Below are positions 19,191 to 27,448 of a stretch of 64,000 bases of DNA, piece by piece. The stretch comes from Polyangiaceae bacterium. Lineage in GTDB: Bacteria; Myxococcota_A; Polyangia; Polyangiales; Polyangiaceae. The DNA lies in NCBI GenBank assembly GCA_965222375.1, contig CBDCTZ010000016.1:3168001-3232000 (forward strand), written 5' to 3'. The translations under genes and the position numbers were made by a program. The notes beneath the pieces are model-generated. The model did not search any database, was not told the origin of the DNA, and saw only the letters and a list, made by a program, of their open reading frames with translations. The stretch's first letter is position 1; each line of letters begins with the position of its first letter.

Positions 19191-19940
19191 GTGTCTGCTG
19201 CCAAGAAATTGGGGGAGGTCGACCCCGAAAATGCCAGTGGGGTCTACCCCGTGCAGTCTCGCTTGGCCTCCAGCGAAACCACGACTTTCGCCCTGCATGA
19301 CGCCAAGAACCTGACCTGTGCCCTTGCGGCGAGCGTGGAGTGGCTCAGGAGTCAGTACTCCGTCGCGAGTGCAGATCGAGAAGTCGTGGAAGCCGTGCGC
19401 GACATGTCCAACACCTGCACGGAACTCACTGAGTTGCTCTCCCAGGCCCTCGCGGCCTCTCGCTCGGGGCGCGCGGCACTGTCTCTTCGTCGAGAGCGCG
19501 CGAGAGCATCCGAGCTGACTCGCCAGGTGCAGCGCCGCTACCGTGCCCGCGCGGCAATCCTCGGCGTCGAGCTCGCAGTCGAGGGCGGGGAGGACGCGGC
19601 ATTGTCGGTGGATCGCGTGCTGTGGGTCCGAGTTATCGATAATCTGGTAGACAACGCGCTCCGTGCTGCGCCGCCCGGCTCTCAGGTGAGCTTGTTCTAC
19701 GGGCAGGTGGGTGACGACGTGGTCTTCAGCGTGTCGGACCAAGGCCGCGGCGTGCCCGAGGCACAGCGCGACGGCATCTTCGGTATGTTCGCAGGTTCCG
19801 CACCCAAGACAGAGCGCACGGCGTTCGGTGTGGGGCTTGCGTTCTGTCGCCGCGTTGTCGAAGCGCATGGCGGAGAATTGACGGTTTCCGATTCGCCCGG
19901 TGGCGGAGCGACGTTTGTTGCTAAAATTCCAACGGTGTAG
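19191..19940 (+). CDS. Cytoplasmic histidine kinase without a sensor domain
   Basis: H-box 'LHDAKNL', N-box 'DNLVDNALR', G1 'SDQGRGV', G2 'GVGLAFC', 'GGGATF'; GTG 19191 follows GGAG (alternative starts 19140/19167). Confidence 0.85.
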   Translation: MSAAKKLGEVDPENASGVYPVQSRLASSETTTFALHDAKNLTCALAASVEWLRSQYSVASADREVVEAVRDMSNTCTELTELLSQALAASRSGRAALSLRRERARASELTRQVQRRYRARAAILGVELAVEGGEDAALSVDRVLWVRVIDNLVDNALRAAPPGSQVSLFYGQVGDDVVFSVSDQGRGVPEAQRDGIFGMFAGSAPKTERTAFGVGLAFCRRVVEAHGGELTVSDSPGGGATFVAKIPTV

Positions 19941-19953
19941 AGCATGAAAAAAC

Positions 19954-19969
19954 TGGCATCCCGTTTGCA
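19954..19969 (+). promoter_or_regulatory. Putative sigma54 promoter for fliW
   Basis: TGGCATCCCGTTTGCA, near-perfect -24/-12 consensus in the intergenic space, about 52 bp before ATG 20022. Confidence 0.7.
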
Positions 19970-20021
19970 CAACCCTGATACGGACGACGATTCCTCGTCC
20001 CCAAAGCAAGGGTGCTCAGTA

Positions 20022-20528
20022 ATGAGGATAGAAACGGATAGATTCGGCATGATCGAGCTAGAGAGCTCGGAGGTGATCAACTTCCCGGCAGGGGTGATCG
20101 GGTTCCCCAGCGACAAGAACTTCGCCCTGATTCCCCACGGCAGTTCGGAGTGCATTGGCTGGCTCCAGTCCCTCGACAACGGGGATCTGGCGCTCCCAGT
20201 GGTTTCCGCCCACGGTCTTGGCGCGGAGTACCCGGACGTGCCCATCGACGGTGCGGCTCGGGAAGCTGGTATCGCGGAAGACCCGACGGAGGTTGCCGTG
20301 CTTGCGGTGCTGTGCGCTCCGCGGGGCCAACCCGCGACGGTCAACCTCATGGCGCCTATCGTCGTCAACTCCAACACGCGGACGGGCGCACAGGTCGCTC
20401 TGGATGGCACGCGGTTTTCTACCCGCGAACTATTCCTACTCGGGCCCACTGCCGACGACAACAACGCCGCTCCCGGGGAGCGTGAAGCCGAGCAAGCGGC
20501 GGGACCAGCTATTGTCCCAGCGGAGTAG
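20022..20528 (+). CDS. fliW: Flagellar assembly factor FliW
   Basis: 'MRIETDRFGMIE...INFPAGVIGF', 'WLQSLD..DLALPV', 'TVNLMAPIVVN...G.QV.L'. Confidence 0.92.
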   Translation: MRIETDRFGMIELESSEVINFPAGVIGFPSDKNFALIPHGSSECIGWLQSLDNGDLALPVVSAHGLGAEYPDVPIDGAAREAGIAEDPTEVAVLAVLCAPRGQPATVNLMAPIVVNSNTRTGAQVALDGTRFSTRELFLLGPTADDNNAAPGEREAEQAAGPAIVPAE

Positions 20529-20629
20529 GACCAGGCAGTGACCCGAGCTGGATCGGCGAGGTGCGCGGCCTTAGAGCCCGCGCGCCTCGTCCTTCTTTGT
20601 GCTGTGGACAACCACCAATCCGGAACCCC

Positions 20630-20656
20630 TCAAGCACCACCCCTAGTGGCCGTATT
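20630..20656 (+). promoter_or_regulatory. Putative sigma28 promoter
   Basis: TCAA-N15-GCCGTATT just upstream of ATG 20669. Confidence 0.5.
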
Positions 20657-20668
20657 GATCAAGCGAGT

Positions 20669-21124
20669 ATGCGACTAGTTCGAGACAGCGGAATCTTTCG
20701 ACGCATTCAGCGAGACCCCAGGGAACGGGCACGTCGCGGCGCCGAGGAAGTGACCGGCCACCCCTGCGTGGTCGTGGATCTAACCGGGGATTCACCTGGG
20801 CTGGTCAGTCAGCGCGTTGCCGGACCGAGCTGGCGTGCCACCCGCTTGCTGGCCCTGCTCGCTGAACTCGAAGGGCCCAAGCTACTCCGGGGCTTCTGCG
20901 CTGGCTGCTTCGGCCTCGACGGTATTTGGGCCGTTCCCGTTCAGTCTCCGGCGCGCGACTGCGGCTACTTGATCGTCTTGGGGCAAATCACGGCCCCGGG
21001 CTTGAAGGAACTCGAGGCCATTGCCGCGGAATTGAGCCTTGAGCTCGAAGCAGAAGAGCGCAGGACCGGTCTGATGCTGCCCCAAGAGCAGGAGTGTTGC
21101 CTCTCGACGCGGCGAGTTGCCTAG
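20669..21124 (+). CDS. Hypothetical protein (possible degenerate GAF-like fold)
   Basis: 151-aa ORF co-oriented with the cluster; 'IWAVPVQSPARDCGYLIVLG...ELEAIAAELSLELE' recalls a GAF C-terminus; sigma28-like promoter upstream. Confidence 0.55.
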   Translation: MRLVRDSGIFRRIQRDPRERARRGAEEVTGHPCVVVDLTGDSPGLVSQRVAGPSWRATRLLALLAELEGPKLLRGFCAGCFGLDGIWAVPVQSPARDCGYLIVLGQITAPGLKELEAIAAELSLELEAEERRTGLMLPQEQECCLSTRRVA

Positions 21125-21187
21125 CGCAGCGCTGAGAAGAGACGATTAGCGCACAGCCCCTCGATGGGCACGCCCCTTCTTTTTCCC

Positions 21188-21214
21188 TAAAGATCCTGGG
21201 CTGACGGCCGCTCA
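21188..21214 (+). promoter_or_regulatory. Putative sigma28 promoter
   Basis: TAAA-N15-GCCGCTCA upstream of ATG 21266. Confidence 0.6.
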
Positions 21215-21265
21215 TCTCAGTATGCGCGTGAGTGTCCAGTGCCTGTCGTTCGAGAGGCGACCTGA

Positions 21266-21523
21266 ATGAAGCCGGTGGGGCACGTGATGCACGTCGCTGC
21301 CGCAGGTGTGGTCCGCGCCCAAGACGCATTCACCAAAGCAGCCACGGAGCTTCCGAAGTCCCTCATCGTCGACTCCGTGTCCCTCACTGGCGAGGCACGC
21401 CCGGACCCTGCCCAGACCATGATGGACATGCGAGTGGCCAAGTACGCCTTCGTTGCGAATCTGCGAGTGCTTCAGACCGCTGACGAAAACCAGCGAGAGC
21501 TGGCGGATATTCTGAAGCGCTGA
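21266..21523 (+). CDS. Small flagellar rod/hook C-terminal domain protein (Flg_bbr_C-like)
   Basis: 85 aa; 'DPAQTMMDMRVAKYAFVANLRVLQTADE' parallels the FlgC/FlgE C-terminal helix; GAGAGG RBS. Confidence 0.72.
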   Translation: MKPVGHVMHVAAAGVVRAQDAFTKAATELPKSLIVDSVSLTGEARPDPAQTMMDMRVAKYAFVANLRVLQTADENQRELADILKR

Positions 21524-21528
21524 GGGTG

Positions 21529-22584
21529 TCAGCGGCGCGGCCAGCGGCGGCGCAGGTGAGTGCGGAGTACTTGTCGATACACACCGAAGTGCGCGCAGTG
21601 GTCCATTTTGTCGTTGCCTGCAAAACCACGCATGTGGAAGTTGCCCCGGGCGTACCAGCGAATCAGATCCAAGCCCATCGGGTCGCTGGGGCGAGATTTG
21701 GAGGGGCGGGGTTTGCCGCCGACACTTGCGACCAAAAAGGCACTCGTCTCGGTAGTGGATGCGTAGCCGGGCGGGATGATCGACGAATGGGATACGAACA
21801 TCAGTCGCTTCCGACGCGCCGCCAGCCGGGCGAAATCCGAGAATGGGCGGAGTTGACGCTCGTTCAGAGTGCCCCCCCGCCGCTGGTAGCCCGAGTGCAG
21901 GCCATCCAGCAAGATGACAGTGTCCACCCGCTTCTTGCCCAGCGGCTGCGACAGAATTCGGCCAACGGCGCCATAACCCGCACTCCACGCCGACAGGCCG
22001 ATGTAGCGCGCCTTGGCCTGCTCGAGGCCGCTCTCCTTCGCCACCGCCACTTCCACGCTCGCTAGGAGATCGGCGAACACATAGCCAGCGGAAAACCTGC
22101 GTTCGTAAGGGCCCGACCCCGTGCCCAGGTCGATGCCGACGAATACCGGGCCGTCCATGGTGCGAACCCACTCCTTGCGCGCGGCTTCATGGCCATGGAA
22201 ATGAACGACCAGGTCGAAAGTTCCGCGACGCGACAGCCGGCGAGGCAGCATCATCTGGCCCAGTGTCGGCGACTTGTCCCAGCGACGGTACGCACCGAAG
22301 CCCGGGTCTGGGGTCTTGCACGGATTGACGCCCCCACGCTCTGCGGGGCTCTTCTGGGTCTGCGTGCTGGCCGGGGGCCGCTCTAGAACCCAGCGCGCGG
22401 TGACGCGGGGGCCGCTCCCTTGCGCGGCAGCGGGGGTGCCCAGTCCAAGAGCAGCGCCGGCGACGGCCACTGCGGTGACGGCGGCTCCACGCACTGGTGT
22501 CAATCGCTTGGCACCGCCTGAGCTAACAACTCGCTCCGGCCTCGGAAGTTGTGCGCCCGGATCTTGCTTGGGTTTGGTCTTCAT
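21529..22584 (-). CDS. Exported alpha/beta-hydrolase-like hypothetical protein
   Basis: Hydrophobic Ala-rich segment; 'VVHFHG', elbow-like 'AWSAGYGA', 'LLDGLH', 'DHC'; start uncertain (22584-22650). Confidence 0.65.
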   Translation of the reverse strand: MKTKPKQDPGAQLPRPERVVSSGGAKRLTPVRGAAVTAVAVAGAALGLGTPAAAQGSGPRVTARWVLERPPASTQTQKSPAERGGVNPCKTPDPGFGAYRRWDKSPTLGQMMLPRRLSRRGTFDLVVHFHGHEAARKEWVRTMDGPVFVGIDLGTGSGPYERRFSAGYVFADLLASVEVAVAKESGLEQAKARYIGLSAWSAGYGAVGRILSQPLGKKRVDTVILLDGLHSGYQRRGGTLNERQLRPFSDFARLAARRKRLMFVSHSSIIPPGYASTTETSAFLVASVGGKPRPSKSRPSDPMGLDLIRWYARGNFHMRGFAGNDKMDHCAHFGVYRQVLRTHLRRRWPRR

Positions 22585-22684
22585 GACGAATGCCTCTATG
22601 CGCAGCAAGAGCCGAGCCACCTCTGCCTCGAGCATGCCGCCAGTTTTCACTCAAGGTCGGGGGACATCGTCCGTTCCTCAGGAC

Positions 22685-24688
22685 GTGCAAGCTGTAGAAG
22701 CGAGTTGGTTCGGGGAAGGGGACGGTGGTGAGTCCGAGCGCCTAGCCGAGCAGAGTATGGCCGCCATGGTCGGCCGGGTGCTCGGTGCCAAGCCGTTTCC
22801 TGAAGCCGCCCGGGAGCTCGACCAGCTCACCCGCTCTGAGGCTCACATCGACAAGGTCGTGCGCGTGCTAGAAAGCGACCCTGCGTTGAGCGCGCGGCTG
22901 CTGCGCCTGGTCAACTCCGCGGGCTACGCCCTGAGAATTCGCTGTACCTCCGTTCGCCACGCTGCCGCCTTAGTGGGCACCGCGCGCCTGCGTCAGGTCG
23001 CGACGACCGCAGCTATCCTGGACATGTTTGCGGCCGGGTCACAACGCGCCAGAGAAATCACGCGTCACGCGGCCACAGTGGGCTCCTTGTGTCGCTACCT
23101 GGCGGTGCACTTTGGTTTGCCCCGGGACGAGCTAGCCACCTGCGGCTTCCTGCATGACATCGGTAAGCTGATGCTGCTCGAGACCGAGGGCGCGGCGTAC
23201 TCCGAGTTGCTCAGCGCGACCGACTCCGCGGACCAAGTCCATGAGCTGGAGCGCGCCCGCTACGGCTTCGACCACGGGATGCTCGGCTCTCACGTGCTCG
23301 CGTCCTGGAACATCCCAGAGCCTGTGCCCCAGGTCGTGGCGTGGCACCACAGCCCGGCTCGCGCCATGAAGAAGGGCGGTCCCATCGCGTCCATGGTGCA
23401 GGTGCTGCGCTTGGCCGATCAATTGAGCCAAGCCCTACAGGAAGATCGATCCGGAGCGTGCGCTTGTGACATAGCGGCCAGTGAGGCCGCCCAGTACCTG
23501 GACATCTCCGAGCCTCAGCTTGCAGCGATGTGGCCTGAGCTAGTTGCCATCCACGACGAGAGTTGCAGTGGAGGTGCCGACGCCAGCCAGAACATTGCGC
23601 CGCGAACCAGCGTCTCACCTTCGCTGCGCTCCAAGCCCAAGCCCTCCAAGACACCGAAGCAGTTCCCCTGTGGCGTGTGTGAAAAGCCCTCCTTTGGCTC
23701 GACGTGTTCCGCCTGTGGGCACTACGTCTGCCCGGAGCACCAGGTAGGGCCCGACGCATGGTGCGCCAACTGTGCCGCTGAGTTCTCGCAGAGCGAAGAA
23801 GAGGCCTCCATCTCGGGCGAAACCCGCAACCTGCTGATCGTTGCGGGCCTGGTGCTGGCTGCGGTCGCCGCCATTTCGGCCTGGGTATCCGGTGCATCCA
23901 CGGCGGCGATCATCGTTTCACCGGTGCTGGTTTGGGCCGTTTTGGGGGTCGGCAGCGTCGTGGGGTTGGTCGCGTGGAAGCGCATGTCGTTCTTGCGCAG
24001 CCGTCGGCAGCTTCCCGAGTCGAGCTTGAAAGACCTGGACCCGATGCCCTCCGAATCGATCCCCGACGATGCTTGGACTGAGTCCGTGCGCTCCATCGCG
24101 CCGCCGGCGGAAAGCGATTCAACTACGTTGAACGACTTCGAGACTCGCGATACCCACGTCCACGAGCCTCCCACCGAGGTCGCCGAGCCCCCCAGCGAAG
24201 CTGCCGAATCGGTTCTTTCTCGGAACAGCACCCGCGCTTTCGCGCTGGGCGACGTATTTCCACAGTCCGCAATCACCGAACTCGACGCCGTCGGCGACGG
24301 GGAGTCCTTCCCCGAGCCGACCGAGCCGACCGAGCCGACCGAGCGGAAGTCGGAGGCAGCCGCGCTGGGGCGGCGCCCGTCGCAAAGCCCCGATACCAAA
24401 GAGAGCCCGCGAATCTCCCGTGGCGCGCGTGGTTACAACGACCCCGCGCCCGCCCTTTCGTCCTGCATGGCACCGTTTCCGTGGAAGGCGTGCTCGATGT
24501 TCTCTGACGCTCGCTCCCCCGAGGACGCCGTTCGCAGTCAGCCCACTCTGCCGGCACCACCGAGCAAGCCGGCCGCGAAAGAGACCCCCTCCTTCGCGTC
24601 CGTCGCAGCCTTCGAGCAGTGGGCCGAGTCCATGCCGCCCTCGGATATCGTCGTCACCGAAGAAGAGCGCGCGGCGGGTTGGATCTAG
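22685..24688 (+). CDS. HDOD domain protein with Cys-rich Zn-finger-like segment, two TM helices and acidic low-complexity tail
   Basis: 'ESDPALSARLLRLVNSA', 'GFLHDIGKL', 'GFDHGMLG..LASWNIP', 'WHH'; 'CGVC..CSACGHYVCPEH..WCANC'; start reassigned to GTG 22685 to avoid overlap with the divergent gene. Confidence 0.85.
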   Translation: MQAVEASWFGEGDGGESERLAEQSMAAMVGRVLGAKPFPEAARELDQLTRSEAHIDKVVRVLESDPALSARLLRLVNSAGYALRIRCTSVRHAAALVGTARLRQVATTAAILDMFAAGSQRAREITRHAATVGSLCRYLAVHFGLPRDELATCGFLHDIGKLMLLETEGAAYSELLSATDSADQVHELERARYGFDHGMLGSHVLASWNIPEPVPQVVAWHHSPARAMKKGGPIASMVQVLRLADQLSQALQEDRSGACACDIAASEAAQYLDISEPQLAAMWPELVAIHDESCSGGADASQNIAPRTSVSPSLRSKPKPSKTPKQFPCGVCEKPSFGSTCSACGHYVCPEHQVGPDAWCANCAAEFSQSEEEASISGETRNLLIVAGLVLAAVAAISAWVSGASTAAIIVSPVLVWAVLGVGSVVGLVAWKRMSFLRSRRQLPESSLKDLDPMPSESIPDDAWTESVRSIAPPAESDSTTLNDFETRDTHVHEPPTEVAEPPSEAAESVLSRNSTRAFALGDVFPQSAITELDAVGDGESFPEPTEPTEPTERKSEAAALGRRPSQSPDTKESPRISRGARGYNDPAPALSSCMAPFPWKACSMFSDARSPEDAVRSQPTLPAPPSKPAAKETPSFASVAAFEQWAESMPPSDIVVTEEERAAGWI

Positions 24689-25344
24689 CTGCGAGCGTCC
24701 GCCCAATCGAGCAGTGACGCTTTGGGCACCGATGCGCCAAGGCTACTCGCCACGTCTCGGATGATGCGCGGCGACGCCGCTTCGACCGCCTCCCGCGTGT
24801 CCTCTGTCCAGGTTCGGAGTTGGGGCAAGTCCCGACGGGCCAGCGCCAGTCGTCTGCGGCCGCGAGTCGCGTAGTCGATGCGGCGAGCCACCGCGTCGGC
24901 GGAGGTGTGCGCCCGCTCGACGCCTCGACCGTGCAGTGATGCGACCACCGACAGCAGCGCCGGGCTTGGACAATGATCGACTAGCAAGTCGGACCCCGAC
25001 GCGACGCTCGCCAAGTAGTGCTCGCGACCATGTTCGTCGTCGTAGAGCCAGCCGTCGATCAAGAGTTCCACGCCGATATGTGCACTTGCCCGCGCGCTAC
25101 CACGAGACAACCCCAGCTTCTGCAAGCGCTCGAAGGCTGCCGAGCAGAGCCGGTGGAAGTCCGAGTGCCGGTGGAATACGTCATCAGCGCGTTCATGACA
25201 GTCAATGCCACGCCCCACCATGCCACCCACCTCCAGCGGCTTGTCACCCGCCATTCGACACAAGTCGGGCAACATCGAGCCCAGCACGAAGCCCCGCTCT
25301 GGCGAGACCCAGCTGGCGACGACCGCGTGGGAGTAGAAGTTCAT
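24685..25344 (-). CDS. AcpH/zinc-dependent phospholipase C-like hypothetical protein
   Basis: 'MNFYSH', 'LGSMLPD', 'GIDCHERADDVFH', 'HIGVELLID' metal-ligand pattern. Confidence 0.6.
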   Translation of the reverse strand: MNFYSHAVVASWVSPERGFVLGSMLPDLCRMAGDKPLEVGGMVGRGIDCHERADDVFHRHSDFHRLCSAAFERLQKLGLSRGSARASAHIGVELLIDGWLYDDEHGREHYLASVASGSDLLVDHCPSPALLSVVASLHGRGVERAHTSADAVARRIDYATRGRRRLALARRDLPQLRTWTEDTREAVEAASPRIIRDVASSLGASVPKASLLDWADARS

Positions 25345-26048
25345 CAGCGGGGGTCCAAGAGCCGATCCACCATGGCTTTCGTCTCATCGGAAACCCAGAC
25401 CGGCAGCCCGTGGGTCAGGAAGTCTACTTTCTCTCTGGTAGTGCAGCTCAGCTCTCCACTGCGCAAGTCACGCTTGTTCGCTGCGTAGGCGACCGGCGGA
25501 TGTTTCGCCATCGCCCCCAAGCGTTCCCCGGCGATCTCGCTCGCGTTAGGACCGACCTCGTCGACCAAGCCTAGCTCGAGGGCGGCGTCTGCGTCGTACA
25601 GCAGTGCGCCCAACACGATCTGCTCTCGATTGCGCACCGAGAGGCGGGCCTTGGCCAGCCGCGCGACTACTGGCGGTAGCGGCAAGCCAATTGCAGTTTC
25701 GTTGAGACCGATGCGTCCGCCGCTCTCCGAATTCATCACTCGGTAGTCGCAGGCGAGCGTCGCTACGCAGCCGCCCGCAATGGCGTGGCCGTTGACGAGG
25801 GCCACAGTCGGACCCGGGTATTCATACAGCTCCACCACGAGCGAATCCAGACGCTCCAAGAACTCCCGCGCCGAGTCCAGCGTGAAGTCTCGCACCTCTT
25901 TCAGATTCAATCCGGCACTGAAGGCATCACCGGCGCCAGTGAGCAGCACGGGTTGACTGTCGGCCTCTTTCAGGGCCTCCCGAGTTCTTTGGATCAAGTC
26001 GGTGCTGAGAGCGTTCTTCCCGGGGGCGTCGAGAATGATTTCCTTCAC
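25344..26048 (-). CDS. Enoyl-CoA hydratase/isomerase family protein
   Basis: 'AFSAGLNL', 'VNGHAIAGG', 'IGLNETAIG', 'ALELGLVDE'. Confidence 0.92.
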   Translation of the reverse strand: MKEIILDAPGKNALSTDLIQRTREALKEADSQPVLLTGAGDAFSAGLNLKEVRDFTLDSAREFLERLDSLVVELYEYPGPTVALVNGHAIAGGCVATLACDYRVMNSESGGRIGLNETAIGLPLPPVVARLAKARLSVRNREQIVLGALLYDADAALELGLVDEVGPNASEIAGERLGAMAKHPPVAYAANKRDLRSGELSCTTREKVDFLTHGLPVWVSDETKAMVDRLLDPR

Positions 26049-26258
26049 GTTCTTTCCTCCTTGGCACTGAGAGCAGATCCCAAAACCTACTCGCGGTTGC
26101 TTTCCGCCGGGGGGGCCGTCTGCGGCGTTGACGCTCCTCGAAATACTCTGGGTATTCCTTCGTCGCGCCGCTTTGCATCCGGTACCGCCGCGGCTCGAAA
26201 TCAGCTCTCTCGAGGTTCGGAGGTCTGCTCTAGCCGTGGAGCGTACACTAGCCTCCGG

Positions 26259-27446
26259 ATGCGAGCACCCTCTCCGAAGCAGCGCTTGGGCACCCTGGTC
26301 GAAACCTACTCGGCGCTGCGCGACATCATTGATGGGCGGGTGGTCGAGCCCGTGCCCCCCGAGTGGTGCGTGCGCCGTGGGCTGAGCGAGTACCTGCTGT
26401 CTCTGAGCGACGAGGCGCTGCTGCTAGCTGAGACTCAGGGCCTGGCGCGAGTTCGGGACCGCTTGCCGCCAGCACCGGCGGAACTCACGAAGATCTGCGA
26501 CTGGGTGCAGAGCCAGCATGACGCCTGGGAGCGACTCGATGTCGTCGAGCGTCCCTTGGAAACCACTCACGTCAACGCGCGCAAACGAGTGCAGATTGCG
26601 ACCTTCGTTAGCCATGCAACTCGCCGACTGCCCAAGCCGCGCCGCGTCGTGGACGTCGGCGCGGGCCTCGGACATCTCACCCGCGCCCTTGCGGACAGCA
26701 TGCAGGTCGAAGCTATCGGCGTGGACGTGGATAGTGCCCGCTCCAAGCGGGCTGCGGTTCTGTCCGCCGGGCGCGTGCGCTTCGACGCCAAGGACGCGCG
26801 CACGACGCCGGTGATCGGATATGGGGACTTTGCCGTGGGGCTTCACGCCTGCGGCGATCTCGGCGACGCCATGCTTCGTCAAGCCGCCGACGTTCGCGCC
26901 CACGTCATGCTCGTCTCATGTTGTCTACAGAAAGTGCGTGCCCCCCAGCGTCCTGCGCTTTCGCTCACGGGTCAGCAGGCCGGCCTGGTGTTTTCCAAGC
27001 TGTCTCTGGGGCTATCCAACCTGAGCAATTGGGAAGAGCCAGAGAAGATCCAAGCCATTCACCTGGGGCGTAAGACCCGCCATGCCCTCAAACGGTTGCT
27101 ACGAGCTCGGGGCGAGCAAGTTGCCACCGGCGAGGAGACCCACGGCGTGCACCGTCGCAAGTTTCGCCGGGGCTTGGCCGAGGCTGCACGTCTGGCCTGC
27201 GCGCGGCGAGGGCTGTCACCGCCAACTGAAGAAGAAGTCCAGTACTTCGAAGGCCTTGCTGACCAACACTATGCGGTGATGCGCCGTCTTAGCCTGCCCC
27301 GCGCCATGTTGGGGCGTGTCGTCGAATGCGCGGTGGTGCTCGACCGTGGCGCGTTTCTAGAAGAGGCCGGCTACCAAGTCGATCTGGGCGTTCTAGTGCC
27401 GAATGAAGTGACGCCCCGAAACTTGGCGATCATCGCGCGAGCCTGA
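26259..27446 (+). CDS. SAM-dependent methyltransferase (Methyltransf_32-like)
   Basis: 'VVDVGAGLGHLTR', 'GLHACGDLG', 'SCC', C-terminal 'TPRNLAI'. Confidence 0.8.
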   Translation: MRAPSPKQRLGTLVETYSALRDIIDGRVVEPVPPEWCVRRGLSEYLLSLSDEALLLAETQGLARVRDRLPPAPAELTKICDWVQSQHDAWERLDVVERPLETTHVNARKRVQIATFVSHATRRLPKPRRVVDVGAGLGHLTRALADSMQVEAIGVDVDSARSKRAAVLSAGRVRFDAKDARTTPVIGYGDFAVGLHACGDLGDAMLRQAADVRAHVMLVSCCLQKVRAPQRPALSLTGQQAGLVFSKLSLGLSNLSNWEEPEKIQAIHLGRKTRHALKRLLRARGEQVATGEETHGVHRRKFRRGLAEAARLACARRGLSPPTEEEVQYFEGLADQHYAVMRRLSLPRAMLGRVVECAVVLDRGAFLEEAGYQVDLGVLVPNEVTPRNLAIIARA

Positions 27447-27448
27447 AG

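Noticed and set aside
22274..22684. Extended N-terminus of the HDOD ORF
   Set aside because: Overlaps the divergent gene and a sigma28-like promoter; domain-like sequence begins after 22685.
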